Source: the human T2T-CHM13v2.0 reference genome, Homo sapiens
Direction: 5' to 3' (one strand)
DNA length: 64,000 nt
Assembly: GCF_009914755.1 (NCBI RefSeq)
Contig: NC_060939.1
Part shown: positions 25,621 through 38,339 of the stretch, piece after piece
How the letters are laid out: every line of letters starts with the position of its first letter
Numbering within the stretch: position 1 is the first letter of the stretch
Notes under the pieces: generated by a model
The model's database searches: none
Told to the model about the DNA's origin: nothing
What the model saw: only the letters and a program-made list of their open reading frames with translations
Position numbers and translations under genes: made by a program

Positions 25621-28600
25621 TATTGCCTTCCATTCCATTCCATTCGATTACATTCCATGCGATTCCGTTCGAAATCGAATCAATTACATTGCAATCCATT
25701 ACTATTGAGTCCGTTTTATTCCAGTCCACTGCATTCTGGTCCATTCCATTTGATTCCATTCCATTCTATTCCATTCCATACAGTTGCATTCCATTGGATT
25801 CCATTCTATATCTATAAATTCAATTCGAGACCATTGCTTTGGAGTCCATTCTATATGATTCCATTCCATTCAACTCCATTCCATTTGGTTCAATTCCATT
25901 CCATTTCATTCCCTTCCATTCCATTCCAGTTGATATCAATCCATTCGATTCCATTCCATTCGATGCCATTCCATTTGATTCTATTCCATTAGTCTCCATT
26001 CAATTCCATTAATCTCCATTCCATTCCATTCTACTCCAACTGATTCCATTCCATTCTATTCCTTTCCATTCCATTTCATTCCATTCCATTCCATTCCATT
26101 CCATTCCATTCCATTCCATTCCATTCGTGTCCATTCCACTCCAGTCCATTCCATTCGTGTCCATTCCATTCCAGTCCATTCCATTTGTGTCCACTGCATT
26201 CCATTCCACTCCATTCCATATTATTCCATTACACTCCATTCCATTCTATTACTTTCATTTCCATTCAATTCCATTCCATTTGATTGCATTCCACTCGGTT
26301 TCATTCCATTTGAGTCCACTCCATTCCATTCCATTCCATTCCATTCCATTCAGTTCCATTCCATTCTGTTCCAATCCATTCCATTCCATTGCATTCCATT
26401 CCATTCGGTACCATTCCATATTGTTCCATTCGATTCCATTCGAATCCATTCCATTCCAGTCCATTCCATTCGATTCCATTCCATTCCTTTACATTCCTTT
26501 CCATTCCATTCCATTCCACTTGATTCCACTCCATTCCCTTCCACTGCATTCCATTCGATTCCATTCCATTGCATTGCATTCCATTCCATTGGACTGCATT
26601 CCATTCGATTCCATTCTTTTCGAATCAATTACTTAGCAATCCATTACATTCGAGTCTATTCTATTCCGTTCCATTCGATTTCTTTCCAATCCATTCGATT
26701 CCATTCCATTCGATTCCATTCCATACTATTGCATTCCATTCTATTACATTATATTCGAATAAGTTCCGTTCAAGACCATTTCTTTTGAGTCCATTCTATT
26801 TGAGTCCATTCCCTTTGATTCCATAACATTTGAGTCCATTCAATTCCATTCCTTTCGTTTCCATTCCATTTGATGCCATTCCATTCAATTCTGTTCTACT
26901 CGACTCCAATACATTCAATTCCATTCCATCCGATTCCATTACATTCTTTTCATTTCTTATCCATTTCAAGCCATTCCACTCCATTCCATTCCACTCGTTT
27001 CCTTTCCATTCGAGTCCATTCCTCTCCAGTCCATTCCGTTCAATCCATTCCATTCCAGTCCATTCCATTCGAGTCCGATCCATTCCAGTCCATTCCATTC
27101 GAGTCAATTCCATTCCATTCGATGTCTTTCCATAACGATCCATTCCATTCTATTCCTTTCGATTCCATTCCATTCTATTTCATTCCATTCGATTCCCTTC
27201 CATTGGACTCCTTTCCATTCGAGTGCATTCCATTCCGTTCCATTTCTTTCCGTTCTGTACGATTCCTACCGTTCGATTTCATTTTGTTCCAGTCCATTCC
27301 TTTCGCGTCCATTCCATTCCATTTCACTCCATTCGATTCCATTCCACTCGATTCCACTTCGTTCCATTTCATTGCATTCCATTCTATTCAACTCTATTGC
27401 CTTCCATTCCATTCCATTCGATTACATTCCATGCGATTCCATTTGAAATCGAATCAATTACATTGCAATCCATTACTATTGAGTCCGTTTTATTCCAGTC
27501 CACTGCATTCTGGTCCATTCCGTTTGATTCCATTCCATTCTATTCCATTTCATACAGTTGCATTCCATTGGATTCCATTCTATATCTTTAAATTCAATTC
27601 GAGACCATTGCTTTTGAGTCCATTCTATATGATTCCATTCCATTCAATTCCATTACATTTGGTTCAATTCCATTCCATTCCATTCCCTTCCATTCCATTC
27701 CAATTGATATCAATCCATTCGATTCCATTCCATTCGAGCACATTCCATTCGAGTCCATTCCATTCGATGCCATTCCATTTGATTCTATTCCATTAGTCTC
27801 CATTCAATTCCATTATTCTCCATTCCATTCCATTCTACTCCAACTGATTCCATTCCATTCTATTCCTTTCCATTCCATTTCATTCCATTCCATTCCATTT
27901 CATTCCATTCCATTCCATTCGTGTCCATTCCACTCCAGTCCATTCCATTCGTGTCCATTCCATTCCAGTCCATTCCATTTGTGTCCACTGCATTCCATTC
28001 CACTCCATTCCATATTATTCCATTACACTCCATTCCATTCTATTACTTTCATTTCCATTCAATTCCATTCCATTTGATTCCATTCCACTCGGTTTCATTC
28101 CATTTGAGTCCACTCCATTCCATTCCATTCCATTCCATTCACTTCCATTCCATTCTGTCCCATTCCATTCTGTTCCATTGCATTCCATTCCATTCGGTAC
28201 CATTCCATATTGTTCCATTCGATTCCATTCGAATCCATTCCATTCCAGTCCATTCCATTCGATTCCATTCCATTCCTTTACATTCCATTCCATTCCATTC
28301 CATTCCATTCCATTCCACTTGATTCCACTCCATTCCCTTCCACTGCTTTCCATTCGATTCCATTCCATTGCATTGCATTCCATTCCATTGGACAGCATTC
28401 CATTCGATTCCATTCCTTTCGAATCAATTACATAGCAATCCATTACATTCGAGTCTATTCTATTCCGTTCCATTCGATTTCGTTCCAATCCATTCGATTC
28501 CATTCCATTCGATTCCATTCCATACTATTGCATTCCATTCTATTACATTATATTCGAATAAGTTCCATTCAAGACCATTTCTTTTGAGTCCATTCTATTT

Positions 28601-31600
28601 GAGTCCATTCCCTTTGATTCCATAACATTTGAGTCCATTCAATTCCATTCCTTTCGTTTCCATTCCATTTGATGCCATTCCATTCAATTCTCTTCTACTC
28701 GACTCCAATACATTCAATTCCATTCCATCCGATTCCATTACATTCTTTTCATTTCTTATCCATTTCAAGCCATTCCACTCCATTCCATTCCACTCGTTTC
28801 CTTTCCATTCGAGTCCATTCCTCTCCAGTCCATTCCGTTCAATCCATTCCATTCCAGTCCATTCCATTCGAGTCCGTTCCATTCCAGTCCATTCCATTCG
28901 AGTCAATTCCATCCCATTCGATGTCTTTCCATAACGATCCATTCCATTCTATTCCTTTCGATTCCATTCCATTCTATTTCATTCCATTCGATTCCCTTCC
29001 ATTGGACTCCTTTCCATTCGAGTGCATTCCATTCCGTTCCATTTCTTTCCGTTCTGTACGATTCCTACCGTTCGATTTCATTTTGTTCCAGTCCATTCCT
29101 TTCGCGTCCATTCCATTCCATTTCACTCCATTCGATTCCATTCCACTCGATTCCACTTCGTTCCATTTCATTGCATTCCATTCTATTCAACTCCATTGCC
29201 TTCCTTTCCATTCCATTCGATTACATTCCATGCGATTCCATTCGAAATCGAATCAATTACATTGCAATCCATTACTATTGAGTCCGTTTTATTCCAGTCC
29301 ACTGCATTCTGGTCCATTCCATTTGATTCCATTCCATTCTATTCCATTCCATACAGTTGCATTCCATTGGATTCCATTCTATATCTATAAATTCAATTCG
29401 AGATCATTGCTTTGGAGTCCATTCTATATGATTCCATTCCATTCAAGTCCATTACATTTGGTTCAATTCCATTCCATTCCATTCCCTTCCATTCCATTCC
29501 AGTTGATATCAATCCATTCGATTCCATTCCATTCGAGCACATTCCATTCGAGTCCATTCCATTCGATGCCATTCCATTTGATTCTATTCCATTAGTCTCC
29601 ATTCAAATCCATTAATCTCCATTCCATTCCATTCTACTTCAACTGATTCCATTCCATTCTATTCCTTTCCATTCCATTTCATTCCATTCCATTCCATTTC
29701 ATTCCATTCCATTCCATTCGCTTCCATTCCATTCGTGTCCATTCCACTCCAGTCCATTCCATTAATGTCCATTCCATTCCAGTCCATTCCATTTGTGTCC
29801 ACTGCATTCCATTCCACTCCATTCCATATTATTCCATTACACTCCATTCCATTCTATTACTTTCATTTCCATTCAATTCCATTCCATTTGATTCCATTCC
29901 ACTCGGTTTCATTCCATTTGAGTCCACTCCATTCCATTCCATTCCATTCCATTCAGTTCCATTCCATTCTGTTCCATTCCATTCCATTCCATTGCATTCC
30001 ATTCCATTCGGTACCATTCCATATTGTTCCATTCGATTCCATTCGAATCCATTCCATTCCAGTCCATTCCATTCGATTCCATTCCATTCCTTTACATTCC
30101 ATTCCATTCCATTCCATTCCACTTGATTCCACTCCATTCCCTTCCACTGCATTCCATTCGATTCCATTCCATTGCATTGCATTCCATTCCATTGGACTGC
30201 ATTCCATTCGATTCCATTCCATTCGAATCAATTACATAGCAATCCATTACATTCGAGTCTATTCTATTCCGTTCCATTCGAATTCGTTCCAATCCATTCG
30301 ATTCCATTCCATTTGATTCCCTTCCACCCTATTGCATTCCGTTCGATTACATTATATTCGAATAAGTTCCATTCAAGACCATTTCTTTTGAGTCCATTCT
30401 ATTTGAGTCCATTCCCTTTGATTCCATAACATTTGAGTCCATTCAATTCCATTCCTTTCGTTTCCATTCCATTTGATGCCATTCCATTCAATTCTGTTCT
30501 ACTCGACTCCAATACATTCAATTCCATTCCATCCGATTCCATTACATTCTTTTCATTTCTTATCCATTTCAAGCCATTCCACTCCATTCCATTCCACTCG
30601 TTTCCTTTCCATTCGAGTCCATTCCTCTCCAGTCCATTCCGTTCAATCCATTCCATTCCATTCGAGTCCGTTCCATTCCAGTCCATTCCATTCGAGTCAA
30701 TTCCATTCCATTCGATGTCTTTCCATAACGATCCATTCCATTCTATTCCTTTCGATTCCATTCCATTCTATTTCATTCCATTCGATTCCCTTCCATTGGA
30801 CTCCTTTCCATTCGAGTGCATTCCATTCCGTTCCATTTCTTTCCGTTCTGTACGATTCCTACCGTTCGATTTCATTTTGTTCCAGTCCATTCCTTTCGCG
30901 TCCATTCCATTCCATTTCACTCCATTCGATTCCATTCCACTCGATTCCACTTCGTTCCATTTCATTGCATTCCATTCTATTTAACTCTATTGCCTTCCAT
31001 TCCATTCCATTCGATTACATTCCATGCGATTCCATTCGAAATCGAATCAATTACATTGCAATCCATTACTATTGAGTCCGTTTTATTCCAGTCCACTGCA
31101 TTCTGGTCCATTCCATTTGATTCCATTCCATTCTATTCCATTCCATACAGTTGCATTCCATTGGATTCCATTCTATATCTTTAAATTCAATTCGAGACCA
31201 TTGCTTTTGAGTCCATTCTATATGATTCCATTCCATTGAAGTCCATTACATTTGGTTCAATTCCATTCCATTCCATTCCCTTCCATTCCATTCCAATTGA
31301 TATCAGTCCATTCGATTCCATTCCATTCGAGCACATTCCATTCGAGTCCATTCCATTCGATGCCATTCCATTTGATTCTATTCCATTAGTCTCCATTCAA
31401 TTCCATTAATCTCCATTCCATTCCATTCTACTCCAACTGATTCCATTCCATTCTATTCCTTTCCATTCCATTTCATACCATTCCATTCCATTTCATTCCA
31501 TTCCATTCCATTCGTGTCCTTTCCACTCCAGTCCATTCCATTCGTGTCCATTCCATTCCAGTCCATTACATTTGTGTCCACTGCATTCCATTCCACTCCA

Positions 31601-34600
31601 TTCCATATTATTCCATTACACTCCATTCCATTCTATTACTTTCATTTCCATTCAATTCCATTCCATTTGATTCCATTCCACTTGGTTTCATTCCATTTGA
31701 GTCCACTCCATTCCATTTCATTCCATTCCATTCAGTTCCATTCCATTCTGTTCCAATCCATTCCATTCCATTGCATTCCATTCCATTCGGTACCATTCCA
31801 TATTGTTCCATTCGATTCCATTCGAATCCATTCCATTCCAGTCCATTCCATTCGATTCCATTCCATTCCTTTACATTCCATTCCATTCCATTCCATTCCA
31901 TTCCACTTGATTCCACTCCATTCCCTTCCACTGCATTCCATTCGATTCCATTCCATTGCATTGCATTCCATTCCATTGGACTGCATTCCATTCGATCCCA
32001 TTCCTTTCGAATCAATTACATAGCAATCCATTACATTCGAGTCTATTCTATTCCGTTCCATTCGATTTCGTTCCAATCCATTCGATTCCATTCCATTCGA
32101 TTCCATTCCATACTATTGCATTCCATTCTATTACATTATATTCGAATAAGTTCCATTCAAGACCATTTCTTTTGAGTCCATTCTATTTGAGTCCATTTCC
32201 TTTGATTCCATAACATTTGAGTCCATTCAATTCCATTCCTTTCGTTTCCATTCCATTTGATGCCATTCCATTCAATTCTGTTCTACTCGACTCCAATACA
32301 TTCAATTCCATTCCATCCGATTCCATTACATTCTTTTCATTTCTTATCCATTTCAAGCCATTCCACTCCATTCCATTCCACTCGTTTCCTTTCCATTCGA
32401 GTCCATTCCTCTCCAGTCCATTCCGTTCAATCCATTCCATTCCAGTCCATTCCATTCGAGTCCGTTCCATTCCAGTCCATTCCATTCGAGTCAATTCCAT
32501 TCCATTCGATGTCTTTCCATAACGATCCATTCCATTCTATTCCTTTCGATTCCATTCCATTCTATTTCATTCCATTCGATTCCCTTCCATTGGACTCCTT
32601 TCCATTCGAGTGCATTCCATTCCGTTCCATTTCTTTCCGTTCTGTACGATTCCTACCGTTCGATTTCATTTTGTTCCAGTCATTTCCTTTCGCGTCCATT
32701 CCATTCCTTTTCACTCCATTCGATTCCATTCCACTCGATTCCACTTCGTTCCATTTCATTGCATTCCATTCTATTCAACTCTATTGCCTTCCATTCCATT
32801 CCATTCGATTACATTCCATGCGATTCCATTCGAAATCGAATCAATTACATTGCAATCCATTACTATTGAGTCCGTTTTATTCCAGTCCACTGCATTCTGG
32901 TCCATACCATTTGATTCCATTCCATTCTATTCCATTCCATACAGTTGCATTCCATTGGATTCCATGCTATATCTATAAATTCAATTCGAGACCATTGCTT
33001 TTGAGTCAATTCTATATGATTCCATTCCATTCAAGTCCATTACATTTGGTTAAATTCCATTCCATTCGGTTCAATTCCATTCCATTCCATTCCCTTCCAT
33101 TCCATTCCAGTTGATATCAATCCATTCGATTCCATTCCATTCGAGCACATTCCATTCGAGTCCATTCCATTCGATGCCATTCCATTTGATTCTATTCCAT
33201 TAGTCTCCATTCAATTCCATTAATCTCCATTCCATTCCATTCTACTCCAACTGATTCCATTCCATTCTGTTCCTTTCCATTCCATTTCATTCCATTCCAT
33301 TCCATTCCATTCCATTCCATTCCATTCTTGTCCATTCCACTCCAGTCCATTCCATTCGTGTCCATTCCATTCCAGTCCATTCCATTTGTGTCCACTGCAT
33401 TCCATTCCACTCCATTCCATATTATTCCATTACACTCCATTCCATTCTATTACTTTCATTTCCATTCAATTCCATTCCATTTGATTCCATTCCACTCGGT
33501 TTCATTCCATTTGAGTCCACTCCATTCCATTCCATTCCATTCCATTCAGTTCCATTCCATTCTGTTCCATTCCATTCCGTTCCATTACATTCCATTCCAT
33601 TCGGTACCATTCCATATTGTTCCATTCGATTCCATTCGAATCCATTCCATTCCAGTCCATTCCATTCGATTCCATTCCATTCATTTCAATTCCATTCCAT
33701 TCCATTCCATTCCATTCCACTTGATTCCTCTCCATTCCCTTCCACTGCATTCCGTTCGATTCCATTCCATTGCATTGCATTCCATTCCATTGGATTGCAT
33801 TCCATTCGAATCCATTCCATTCGAATCAATTACATAGCAATCCATTACATTCGAGTCTATTCTCTTCCGTTCCATTCGATTTCGTTCCAATCCATTCGAT
33901 TCCATTCCATTCGATTCCATTCCATACTATTGCATTCCATTCGATTACATTATATTCGAATAAGTTCCATTCAAGACCATTTCTTTTGAGTCCATTCTAT
34001 TTGAGTCCATTCCCTTTGATTCCATAACATTTGAGTCCATTCAATTCCATTCCTTTCGTTTCCATTCCATTTGATGCCATTCCATTCAATTCTGTTCTAC
34101 TCGACTCCAATACATTCAATTCCATTCCATCCGATTCCATTACATTCTTTTCATTTCTTATCCATTTCAAGCCATTCCACTCCATTCCATTCCACTCGTT
34201 TCCTTTCCATTCGAGTCCATTCCTCTCCAGTCCATTCCGTTCAATCCATTCCATTCCAGTCCATTCCATTCGAGTCCGTTCCATTCCAGTTCATTCCATT
34301 CGAGTCAATTCCATTCCATTCGATGTCTTTCCATAACGATCCATTCCATTCTATTCCTTTCGATTCCATTCCATTCTATTTCATTCCATTCGATTCCCTT
34401 CCATTGGACTCCTTTCCATTCGAGTGCATTCCATTCCGTTCCATTTCTTTCCGTTCTGTACGATTCCTACCGTTCGATTTCATTTTGTTCCAGTCCATTC
34501 TTTCGCGTCCATTCCATTCCATTTCACTCCATTCGATTCCATTCCACTCGATTCCACTTCGTTCCATTTCATTGCATTCCATTCTATTCAACTCTATTGC

Positions 34601-37600
34601 CTTCCATTCCATTCCATTCGATTACATTCCATGCGATTCCATTCGAAATCGAATCAATTACATTGCAATCCATTACTATTGAGTCCGTTTTATTCCAGTC
34701 CACTGCATTCTGGTCCATTCCATTTGATTCCATTCCATTCTATTCCATTCCATACAGTTGCATTCCATTGGATTCCATGCTATATCTATAAATTCAATTC
34801 GAGACCATTGCTTTTGAGTCCATTCTATATGATTCCATTCCATTCAAGTCCATTACATTTGGTTCAATTCCATTCCATTCGGTTCAATTCCATTCCATTC
34901 CATTCCCTTCCATTCCATTCCAGTTGATATCAATCCATTCGATTCCATTCCATTCGAGCACATTCCATTCGAGTCCATTCCATTCGATGCCATTCCATTT
35001 GATTCTATTCCATTAGTCTCCATTCAATTCCATTAATCTCCATTCCATTCCATTCTACTCCAACTGATTCCATTCCATTCTATTCCTTTCCATTCCATTC
35101 CATTCCATTCCATTCCATTCCATTCCATTCCATTCCATTCGTGTCCATTCCACTCCAGTCCATTCCATTCGTATCCATTCCATTCCAGTCCATTCCATTT
35201 GTGTCCACTGCATTCCATTCCACTCCATTCCATATTATTCCATTACACTCCATTCCATTCTATTACTTTCATTTCCATTCAATTCCATTCCATTTGATTC
35301 CATTGCACTCGGTTTCATTCCATTTGAGTCCACTCCATTCCATTCCATTCCATTCAGTTCCATTCCATTCTGTTCCATTCCATTCCGTTCCATTACATTC
35401 CATTCCATTCGGTACCATTCCATATTGTTCCATTCGATTCCATTCGAATCCATTCCATTCCAGTCCATTCCATTCGATTCCATTCCATTCATTTCAATTC
35501 CATTCCATTGCATTCCATTACATTCCACTTGATTCCTCTCCATTCCCTTCCACTGCATTCCGTTCGATTCCATTCCATTGCATTGCATTCCATTCCATTG
35601 GATTGCATTCCATTCGATTCCATTCCATTCGAATCAATTACATAGCAATCCATTACATTCGAGTCTATTCTCTTCCGTTCCATTCGATTTCGTTCCAATC
35701 CATTCGATTCCATTCCATTCGATTCCATTCCATACTATTGCATTCCATTCGATTACATTATATTCGAATAAGTTCCATTCAAGACCATTTCTTTTGAGTC
35801 CATTCTATTTGAGTCCATTCCCTTTGATTCCATAACATTTGAGTCCATTCAATTCCATTCCTTTCGTTTCCATTCCATTTGATGCCATTCCATTCAATTC
35901 TGTTCTACTCGACTCCAATACATTCAATTCCATTCCATCCGATTCCATTACATTCTTTTCATTTCTTATCCATTTCAAGCCATTCCACTCCATTCCATTC
36001 CACTCGTTTCCTTTCCATTCGAGTCCATTCCTCTCCAGTCCATTCCGTTCAATCCATTCCATTCCAGTCCATTCCATTCGAGTCCGTTCCATTCCAGTCC
36101 ATTCCATTCGAGTCAATTCCATTCCATTCGATGTCTTTCCATAACGATCCATTCCATTCTATTCCTTTCGATTCCATTCCATTCTATTTCATTCCATTCG
36201 ATTCCCTTCCATTGGACTCCTTTCCATTCGAGTGCATTCCATTCCGTTCCATTTCTTTCCGTTCTGTACGATTCCTACCGTTCGATTTCATTTTGTTCCA
36301 GTCCATTCTTTCGCGTCCATTCCATTCCATTTCACTCCATTCGATTCCATTCCACTCGATTCCACTTCGTTCCATTTCATTGCATTCCATTCTATTCAAC
36401 TCTATTGCCTTCCATTCCATTCCATTCGATTACATTCCATGCGATTCCATTCGAAATCGAATCAATTACATTGCAATCCATTACTATTGAGTCCGTTTTA
36501 TTCCAGTCCACTGCATTCTGGTCCATTCCATTTGATTCCATTCCATTCTATTCCATTCCATACAGTTGCATTCCATTGGATTCCATGCTATATCTATAAA
36601 TTCAATTCGAGACCATTGCTTTTGAGTCCATTCTATATGATTCCATTCCATTCAAGTCCATTACATTTGGTTCAATTCCATTCCATTCGGTTCAATTCCA
36701 TTCCATTCCATTCCCTTCCATTCCATTCCAGTTGATATCAATCCATTCGATTCCATTCCATTCGAGCACATTCCATTCGAGTCCATTCCATTCGATGCCA
36801 TTCCATTTGATTCTATTCCATTAGTCTCCATTCAATTCCATTAATCTCCATTCCATTCCATTCTACTCCAACTGATTCCATTCCATTCTATTCCTTTCCA
36901 TTCCATTCCATTCCATTCCATTCCATTCCATTCCATTCCATTCCATTCGTGTCCATTCCACTCCAGTCCATTCCATTCGTATCCATTCCATTCCAGTCCA
37001 TTCCATTTGTGTCCACTGCATTCCATTCCACTCCATTCCATATTATTCCATTACACTCCATTCCATTCTATTACTTTCATTTCCATTCAATTCCATTCCA
37101 TTTGATTCCATTCCACTCGGTTTCATTCCATTTGAGTCCACTCCATTCCATTCCATTCCATTCAGTTCCATTCCATTCTGTTCCATTCCATTCCGTTCCA
37201 TTACATTCCATTCCATTCGGTACCATTCCATATTGTTCCATTCGATTCCATTCGAATCCATTCCATTCCAGTCCATTCCATTCGATTCCATTCCATTCCT
37301 TTCAATTCCATTCCATTCCATTCCATTCCACTTGATTCCACTCCATTCCCTTCCACTGCATTCCATTCGATTCCATTCCATTGCATTGCATTCCATTCCA
37401 TTGGATTGCATTCCATTCGATTCCATTCCATTCGAATCAATTACATAGCAATCCATTACATTCGAGTCTATTCTATTCCGTTCCATTCGATTTCGTTCCA
37501 ATCCATTCGATTCCATTCCATTCGATTCCATTCCATACTATTGCATTCCATTCGATTATATTATATTCGAATAAGTTCCATTCAAGACCATTTCTTTTGA

Positions 37601-38339
37601 GTCCATTCTATTTGAGTCCATTCCCTTTGATTCCATAACATTTGAGTCCATTCAATTCCATTCCTTTCGTTTCCATTCCATTTGATGCCATTCCATTCAA
37701 TTCTGTTCTACTTGACTCCAATACATTCAATTCCATTCCATCCGATTCCATTACATTCTTTTCATTTCTTATCCATTTCAAGCCATTCCACTCCATTCCA
37801 TTCCACTCGTTTCCTTTCCATTCGAGTCCATTCCTCTCCAGTCCATTCCGTTCAATCCATTCCATTCCAGTCCATTCCATTCGAGTCCGTTCCATTCCAA
37901 TCCAATCCATTCGAGTCAATTCCATCCCATTCGATGTCTTTCCATAACGATCCATTCCATTCTATTCCTTTCGATTCCATTCCATTCTATTTCATTCCAT
38001 TCGATTCCCTTCCATTGGACTCCTTTCCATTCGAGTGCATTCCATTCCGTTCCATTTCTTTCCGTTCTGTACGATTCCTACCGTTCGATTTCATTTTGTT
38101 CCAGTCCATTCCTTTCGCGTCCATTCCATTCCATTTCACTCCATTCGATTCCATTCCACTCGATTCCACTTCGTTCCATTTCATTGCATTCCATTCTATT
38201 CAACTCTATTGCCTTCCATTCCATTCCATTCGATTACATTCCATGCGATTCCATTCGAAATCGAATCAATTACATTGCAATCCATTACTATTGAGTCCGT
38301 TTTATTCCAGTCCACTGCATTCTGGTCCATTCCATTTGA

